DNA of 32,224 nucleotides from a virus: UHGV virus genome UHGV-0122054; one strand, 5' to 3'. Shown piece by piece: positions 24,015 to 32,224 of this stretch (position 1 is its first letter; each line of letters starts with the position of its first letter). The notes under the pieces were generated by a model. It saw only the letters and a program-made list of their open reading frames with translations, ran no database searches and was not told where the DNA came from. The position numbers and the translations under genes were made by a program.

Positions 24015-27000
24015 ATGGCGACGTTACGTGAACTGATTATCAAAATTTCGGCAAATTCGCAGTCATTCCAGTCGGAGATCCAGCGGGCTTCCCGCATGGG
24101 CAGTGAATATTATCGGACCCTGCAGAATGGCGGGCGTCAGGCTGCCGCAGTCGCCCGGGAGCAGCGACGCGCCCTGGCTGAGCTGAACAGCCAGTTGACG
24201 GAAATCCGCGCTTCAGCTGCCGGAACGGCGGGGGCATTTGCCGGTGCCTTTGCCACCGGGCACCTGATTTCTCTGGCCGATGAATGGAGTTCCGTGAATG
24301 CCCGACTGAAACAGGCGTCGCAGTCATCCGATGAATTTTCGTCATCACAGAAAGTGCTGATGGATATCAGCCAGCGGACGGGCACGGCATTTTCAGATAA
24401 TGCGGCCCTGTTTGCCCGCTCGGCAGCCTCAATGCGTGAATATGGTTACAGTGCTGATGATGTGCTGAAGGTGACGGAGGCCATTTCGACAGGACTGAAA
24501 CTGTCAGGGGCTGGAGTTGCGGAATCCGGTTCGGTGATCACCCAGTTCAGCCAGGCACTGGCACAGGGTGTACTGCGTGGCGAAGAATTTAATGCTGTTA
24601 ACGAAAATGGCGACCGGGTGATCCGCGCGCTTGCTGCGGGGATGGGTGTGGCCCGTAAAGATCTGAAGGCAATGGCGGATGACGGAAAACTGACAGCGGA
24701 TAAAGTGGTCCCTGCGTTAATCAGCCAGCTGGGGATATTACGTGATGAATATGCGGCCATGCCGGAAACGGTTTCCGGTAGTATCACGAAGGTGGAAAAC
24801 GCCTTTATGGCCTGGGTGGGCGGTGTGAATGAAGCCAGCGGCTCGACGAAAACGCTCTCCGGCGTGCTGAATGGTGTGGCCGGACATATTGATGCAGTGG
24901 CAACAGCAGCGGGGGCGCTGGTTGCCGTCGGGGTTGCCCGGTACTTTGGCAATATGGCCTCCGGAGCGGTGTCTGCCACGGCAGGACTTGTGACGGCAGC
25001 ACGTAATGAAGTGGCACTGGCGGAAGCACAGCTCAGGGGGACGCAGATTGCCACGGCGCGGGCAAGGGCAGCCGTGTACCGTGCACAGCAGGCTGTGGCG
25101 GCAGCCCGCGGGACGGAGATGCAGATTGCTGCAGAAGCCCGTCTGGCGGCCACACAGGAACGCCTGAACAGAAATATTGCTGCCAGAACCGCAGCCCAGA
25201 ATGCGCTGAACAGTACAACGGCGGTGGGTTCACGTCTGATGACTGGTGCGTTGGGACTGGTTGGTGGCGTACCCGGACTGGTGATGCTGGGGGCAGCAGC
25301 ATGGTATACGCTGTACCAGAATCAGGAGCAGGCCAGGGAGTCAGCGCGCCAGTATGCACTGACGATAGATGAAATCGCGCATAAAACGCCGTCAATGTCT
25401 TTGCCTGAAGCCTCAGATAATGAAGGACGAACACGGGCGGCGCTGACAGAGCAGAACCGGCTGATTGATGAACAGGCCAGCCGGGTGAAATCCCTGCAGG
25501 AAAAAATCGCTGGATATCAGTATGTTCTGGCTAACCCTGGCTGGACAACCGGTGACGGATTCATGATAAACCATCTGACATCGGTGAAGACCGTAACGGA
25601 AGGGCTTTCTCAGGCAACAGAGCAGCTTGCCGTTGAGCAGTCCCGTCTGGCACAGATGCAGGAAAAAGCGCAGTCCATTCAGGATGTGCTTGCCGGGCTG
25701 GAAGACCGTCGTGTGGCGTTAATTCGTCAGCAGGCGGCAGAGCAGAATAAGGTGTACCAGTCCATGCTGGTTATGAACGGTCAGCATACGGAATTCAACC
25801 GTCTGCTGGGGCTGGGGAATGAACTGCTTCAGCAGCGGCAGGGACTGGTGAATGTGCCGTTACGGCTGCCACAGACCACTCTGGATAATAAACAGCAGAG
25901 CGCCCTGACAAAAACAGAGCGTGAGCTGGCCCTGTCCAGACTGAAAGGGGAAGAAAAAGAGCGTGCCCGGCTGGGGTATGCGGCCGATGACCTCGGTTTT
26001 GTGGGGGATTCGTATCAGGAGGCGAGACAGCGTTATATCAGTAATGCTCTGGAAGCCTGGCGTAATAACGAGGCGAACAAACCTAAATCCCGGGGTGGAA
26101 AATCAGAGACGGAAAAAGCGGAAGACAGTTTTTCCCGGCTACTGAAACAGCAGAAAGAGCAACTGGCACTGGCGGGTCAGAATACAGAACTGGCGAAGCT
26201 GAAGTACCAGACTGCGCAGGGAGAACTGAAAACCCTGACGGAGATGCAGAAGCAGGAACTGCTGCGTAACGCGGCCCTGATTGACCAGCAAAAAATCCGG
26301 GAACAGTTGCGATCCCGGGAAGAGACCCTGAAGAATGATAATGTGGCTGCGCGTGCATCAAATGAAGCCGAACTGCTGGGGTACGGGCAGGGAGAACGAG
26401 CCAGGGAACGCATGCGGGAGTTGCAGCAGATCCGCGACAGCTTCCGCCAGAAGGATGCGGACCTTCAGTCTCAGTATCAGACCGGGGATATCAGTGAGGA
26501 TTTTTACAGACAGGCACGGGCACAGAACGCGCAGTATCTGAGCGAACGCCTTAAGGACCAGGCAGCCTTTTATGCCGAATCGGATGCGCAGCGTGCGGAC
26601 TGGCAGAAAGGCTTGCAGGAGGGGCTCAGTAACTGGGTGGACAATGCATCCGATTACGCCTCTCAGGCAGCACAGCTGGCAACGGAGGGGATTTCAGGAC
26701 TGGTGAATAACATCACGGAGATGCTGAACGGAAACAAAGTGGAATGGCGCAACTGGGCCTCATCCGTACTGCAGGAAATCTCAAAAGTTCTTATGAATGC
26801 CGCGATTGTCAACGGAATTAAGACGGCGGCAAACGGTATGTCCGGTGCGGGAGGATTTATTGGCAGCATTGGTGACTGGCTGGGCGGTGCGGTGGCCAAT
26901 GCAAAAGGCGGCGTGTATACCTCGGCAAACCTGAGTGCGTACAGCAACAGCATTGTGGACACGCCCACGTACTTTGCGTTTGCAAAAGGGGCCGGGCTGA

Positions 27001-27257
27001 TGGGGGAAGCCGGACCTGAAGCCATTATGCCCCTGACCCGGGCGGCGGATGGCTCGCTGGGCGTACGCGCGGTGGGCAGTATGAACGGCAGTGCCGGTCT
27101 GGTGTATTCCCCGGTCTACCACATCGCCATTCAGAATGACGGGGCTAACGGACAGATAGGGCCGGAGGCGGCAGGCAGTCTTGTGCAGCTGATTGACCAG
27201 CGGGTGCAGGCGGTGATGCTGTCCATGCGACGTGACGGAGGAATGCTGAGTGGCTGA
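24015..27257 (+). CDS. Tail tape measure protein
   Basis: 1080 aa, Ala/Gln-rich coiled-coil-like protein between the chaperones and minor tail genes. Confidence 0.9.
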   Translation: MATLRELIIKISANSQSFQSEIQRASRMGSEYYRTLQNGGRQAAAVAREQRRALAELNSQLTEIRASAAGTAGAFAGAFATGHLISLADEWSSVNARLKQASQSSDEFSSSQKVLMDISQRTGTAFSDNAALFARSAASMREYGYSADDVLKVTEAISTGLKLSGAGVAESGSVITQFSQALAQGVLRGEEFNAVNENGDRVIRALAAGMGVARKDLKAMADDGKLTADKVVPALISQLGILRDEYAAMPETVSGSITKVENAFMAWVGGVNEASGSTKTLSGVLNGVAGHIDAVATAAGALVAVGVARYFGNMASGAVSATAGLVTAARNEVALAEAQLRGTQIATARARAAVYRAQQAVAAARGTEMQIAAEARLAATQERLNRNIAARTAAQNALNSTTAVGSRLMTGALGLVGGVPGLVMLGAAAWYTLYQNQEQARESARQYALTIDEIAHKTPSMSLPEASDNEGRTRAALTEQNRLIDEQASRVKSLQEKIAGYQYVLANPGWTTGDGFMINHLTSVKTVTEGLSQATEQLAVEQSRLAQMQEKAQSIQDVLAGLEDRRVALIRQQAAEQNKVYQSMLVMNGQHTEFNRLLGLGNELLQQRQGLVNVPLRLPQTTLDNKQQSALTKTERELALSRLKGEEKERARLGYAADDLGFVGDSYQEARQRYISNALEAWRNNEANKPKSRGGKSETEKAEDSFSRLLKQQKEQLALAGQNTELAKLKYQTAQGELKTLTEMQKQELLRNAALIDQQKIREQLRSREETLKNDNVAARASNEAELLGYGQGERARERMRELQQIRDSFRQKDADLQSQYQTGDISEDFYRQARAQNAQYLSERLKDQAAFYAESDAQRADWQKGLQEGLSNWVDNASDYASQAAQLATEGISGLVNNITEMLNGNKVEWRNWASSVLQEISKVLMNAAIVNGIKTAANGMSGAGGFIGSIGDWLGGAVANAKGGVYTSANLSAYSNSIVDTPTYFAFAKGAGLMGEAGPEAIMPLTRAADGSLGVRAVGSMNGSAGLVYSPVYHIAIQNDGANGQIGPEAAGSLVQLIDQRVQAVMLSMRRDGGMLSG

Positions 27258-27591
27258 GATAAAAACGCTGCATCTGGTCCCGCGTGAAGGGATGCAGGTG
27301 AGTGAGAAACCGTCGGTGGTGAGGGTTCGGTTTGGTGACGGTTATGAACAGCGCCGACCGACGGGACTTAATGCCAGACTGAAGACGTTTCAGGCGGTGT
27401 TCCGGGTGACGGATGAACCAACCCGGCGCTGGCTGGATGAATTTTTATCCTGGCATGGTGGTTACCGTGCCTTTTTGTGGCGACCGCCGAAACATAACCG
27501 GACGGTGAGGGTGGTATGCCGGGAGTGGAGCGTCACAGATAACGCCAGGTACAGTGATTTCAGTTGTACGATTGAGCAGGTGGTGAACTGA
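27250..27591 (+). CDS. Minor tail protein M
   Basis: 113 aa; VRFGDGYEQRRPTGLNA and C-terminal EQVVN match lambda gpM. Confidence 0.8.
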   Translation: MAEIKTLHLVPREGMQVSEKPSVVRVRFGDGYEQRRPTGLNARLKTFQAVFRVTDEPTRRWLDEFLSWHGGYRAFLWRPPKHNRTVRVVCREWSVTDNARYSDFSCTIEQVVN

Positions 27592-28289
27592 TGCAGGATA
27601 TTCACGAAGAAAGTCTGAACGAGTCGGTTAAATCAGAGCAGTCACCGCGGGTGGTACTCTGGGAAATCGACCTGACGGTACAGGGCGGTGAGCGGTATTT
27701 TTTCTGTAATGAGCTGAATGAAAAAGGGGAGCCGGTCACCTGGCAGGGGCGTAAGTATGAGGCATACCCGATTGACGGCAGCGGTTTTGAGATGAACGGC
27801 CGGGGCAGCAGTGCCAGACCGTCGCTGACGGTGTCCAATCTGTTCGGTCTGGTCACCGGGATGGCGGAAGACCTGCAGAGTCTGGTGGGGGCCACGGTGG
27901 TCCGCCGCCGGGTGTATGCCCGTTTTCTGGATGCGGTGAATTTCGTTGCGGGCAATCCGGAGGCGGACCCGGAGCAGGAGCTGAGTGACCGCTGGGTGGT
28001 GGAGCAGATGTCGCAGCTGACAGCCATGACGGCCTCGTTTGTGCTGGCTACACCGACCGAGACGGACGGGGCGCTGTTTCCCGGTCGCATCATGCTGGCG
28101 AACACCTGTATGTGGGATTACCGGGGAGATGAATGCGGGTATAACGGTCCTGCGGTGGCGGATGAGTTCGACAACCCCACCACGGATATCCGTAAGGACA
28201 GATGCAGCAAGTGCATGCGCGGGTGTGAGATGCGCGGCATGGTGGCTAATTTTGGCGGTTTCCTTTCCATTAACAAACTTTCGCAGTAA
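27591..28289 (+). CDS. Minor tail protein L
   Basis: 232 aa (same length as lambda gpL) with conserved Cys-rich C-terminal region. Confidence 0.85.
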   Translation: MQDIHEESLNESVKSEQSPRVVLWEIDLTVQGGERYFFCNELNEKGEPVTWQGRKYEAYPIDGSGFEMNGRGSSARPSLTVSNLFGLVTGMAEDLQSLVGATVVRRRVYARFLDAVNFVAGNPEADPEQELSDRWVVEQMSQLTAMTASFVLATPTETDGALFPGRIMLANTCMWDYRGDECGYNGPAVADEFDNPTTDIRKDRCSKCMRGCEMRGMVANFGGFLSINKLSQ

Positions 28290-28294
28290 ATCCA

Positions 28295-29038
28295 ATGACA
28301 CAGACAGAATCAGCGATTCTGGCGCATGCCCGGCGGTGTGTGCCTGCGGAGTCGTGCGGCTTAGTGGTGAGAACGCCGGAGGGGGAGCGGTATATCCCTT
28401 GTGTGAATATCTCTGCAGAGCCGGAGGCGTATTTTCGTATTGCACCGGAAGACTGGCTGCGGGCAGAGATGCAGGGGGAGATTGTGGCACTGGTCCACAG
28501 TCATCCCGGTGGGCTGCCCTGGCTGAGCGAGGCTGACCGGCGGCTGCAGATAAAAAGCGCACTGCCCTGGTGGCTGGTCTGCCGGGGTGACATTCACAAA
28601 TTCCGCTGCGTGCCGCACCTGACGGGACGGCGCTTTGAGCACGGGGTGACGGACTGTTACACCCTGTTCCGGGATGCATACCATCTGGCGGGGACTGAAA
28701 TGCCGGATTTTCATCGCGAGGATGACTGGTGGCGCAACGGTCAGAACCTTTACCTGGACAATATGGCGGTCACCGGCTTTTACCGGGTGCCCCTGTCCTC
28801 TGCACAGGCGGGCGATATTCTGCTGTGCTGCTTTGGTGCTTCGGTACCGAACCATGCCGCCATTTACTGCGGCAACGGTGAGCTGCTTCACCATCTGCCT
28901 GAACAACTGAGTAAACGGGAGAGGTATTCCGAAAAATGGCAACGACGAACGCATTCTGTCTGGCGTCACCGCCACTGGCACGCATCTGCCTTCACGGGGA
29001 TTTGCAACGATTTGGCCGCCGCCTCAGCCTGTATGTGA
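28295..29038 (+). CDS. Tail assembly protein K (JAMM/NlpC-P60-like)
   Basis: HARRCVPAESCG...VALVHSHPGG (JAMM-like) pattern as in lambda gpK; the ORF is longer than lambda K and overlaps I by about 100 nt. Confidence 0.8.
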   Translation: MTQTESAILAHARRCVPAESCGLVVRTPEGERYIPCVNISAEPEAYFRIAPEDWLRAEMQGEIVALVHSHPGGLPWLSEADRRLQIKSALPWWLVCRGDIHKFRCVPHLTGRRFEHGVTDCYTLFRDAYHLAGTEMPDFHREDDWWRNGQNLYLDNMAVTGFYRVPLSSAQAGDILLCCFGASVPNHAAIYCGNGELLHHLPEQLSKRERYSEKWQRRTHSVWRHRHWHASAFTGICNDLAAASACM

Positions 29039-29616
29039 ACACGGCAGCGGAAGCCATCCGTGCCCTGTCGTTACAGGTGCCGGGCTTTCGCCGTCAGATG
29101 AACGAAGGCTGGTACCAGATACGTATTGCCGGTGATGACACGGCACCGGAGGCGGTGTACGCCCGTCTTCACGAACAGCTGGGTGAGGGAACGGTCATCC
29201 ACATTGTGCCGCGACTGGCCGGAGCCGGAAAGGGCGGACTGCAGATTGTGCTGGGGGCGGCAGCCATCGTGGGCTCTTTCTTCACGGCCGGTGCCTCGAT
29301 GGCGTTATGGGGTTCAGCCCTGGCAGCCGGTGGTTTTTCTGCCACCACGATGCTGTTTTCACTGGGGGCCAGCATGATACTGGGCGGTGTGGCACAGATG
29401 CTGGCCCCGAAGGCAAAAACACCGGATTACCGCGTAACGGATAACGGCAGACAGAACACGTACTTTTCCTCGCTGGATAACATGATTGCCCAGGGGAACC
29501 CGATGCCGGTGCCTTACGGGGAAATGCTGGTTGGCTCCCGCCGTATATCCCAGGACATCAGCACCCGTGATGAAGGCGGGGGCGGAATGGTCGTGGTTGT
29601 CGGGCGACAGGGATAA
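28936..29616 (+). CDS. Tail assembly protein I
   Basis: LASPPLARICLHGDLQRFGRR...VIHIVPRLAGAG matches lambda gpI. Confidence 0.8.
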   Translation: MATTNAFCLASPPLARICLHGDLQRFGRRLSLYVNTAAEAIRALSLQVPGFRRQMNEGWYQIRIAGDDTAPEAVYARLHEQLGEGTVIHIVPRLAGAGKGGLQIVLGAAAIVGSFFTAGASMALWGSALAAGGFSATTMLFSLGASMILGGVAQMLAPKAKTPDYRVTDNGRQNTYFSSLDNMIAQGNPMPVPYGEMLVGSRRISQDISTRDEGGGGMVVVVGRQG

Positions 29617-29828
29617 AACATAAAAAAATCCCGCAGTGATCGCGGAGCTGCGGGGACAGACAAATGAAGATCAATGTTAAGGAGTTGTTTTTGTTACTCG
29701 GGCAAAAAAACACTAACGCAGCGAAATTATAAGCGCCACAGTCAGTGTGTGAAAATGTGAAGATATTCAGAATTTTTATGCCATTACCGGTTTTAACCAA
29801 CAGGATTATCGGTGGGCATGAAAGAAAA

Positions 29829-32224
<2,396 letters not shown>

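Noticed and set aside
24446-25153. 235-aa minus-strand ORF (plus 24040-24385 and 24805-25434 minus ORFs) inside the tape measure gene
   Set aside because: Antisense to a long, strongly supported plus-strand gene; Ala/Ser/Pro-rich low-complexity translation typical of antisense frames in GC-rich coding DNA; no start context.
27642-28679. 345-aa minus-strand ORF across tail genes L and K
   Set aside because: Antisense to two well-conserved lambda-like tail genes; Arg/Pro/Ala-rich translation; no SD.

Overview
This window reads as a lambdoid (E. coli-type) prophage transcribed left to right, with the architecture of a Shiga-toxin phage late region but no stx genes. All calls are from reading the sequence and ORF track; no database search was run. 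In order: nin-region genes including a Hok-family type I toxin, a DUF968-like gene, rusA and an antiterminator Q; a lambda-like PR'/qut/tR' late promoter; an orphan N6-adenine DNA methyltransferase; three tRNA genes; about 1 kb of terminator-delimited non-coding modules in the slot where stx normally sits; a NanS-p-like esterase; a lysis cassette (pinholin, YdfR-like ORF, SAR endolysin, four tiny membrane-peptide ORFs, Rz/Rz1); HNH endonuclease, cos-like region and terminase; HK97-like head genes; and lambda-like tail genes through a J gene truncated at the window end. The two most interesting observations are the tandem non-coding modules at 7130-8099 (candidate small RNAs) and the cluster of small membrane-peptide genes at 11680-12190. 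Most long minus-strand ORFs in the track look like antisense artefacts.
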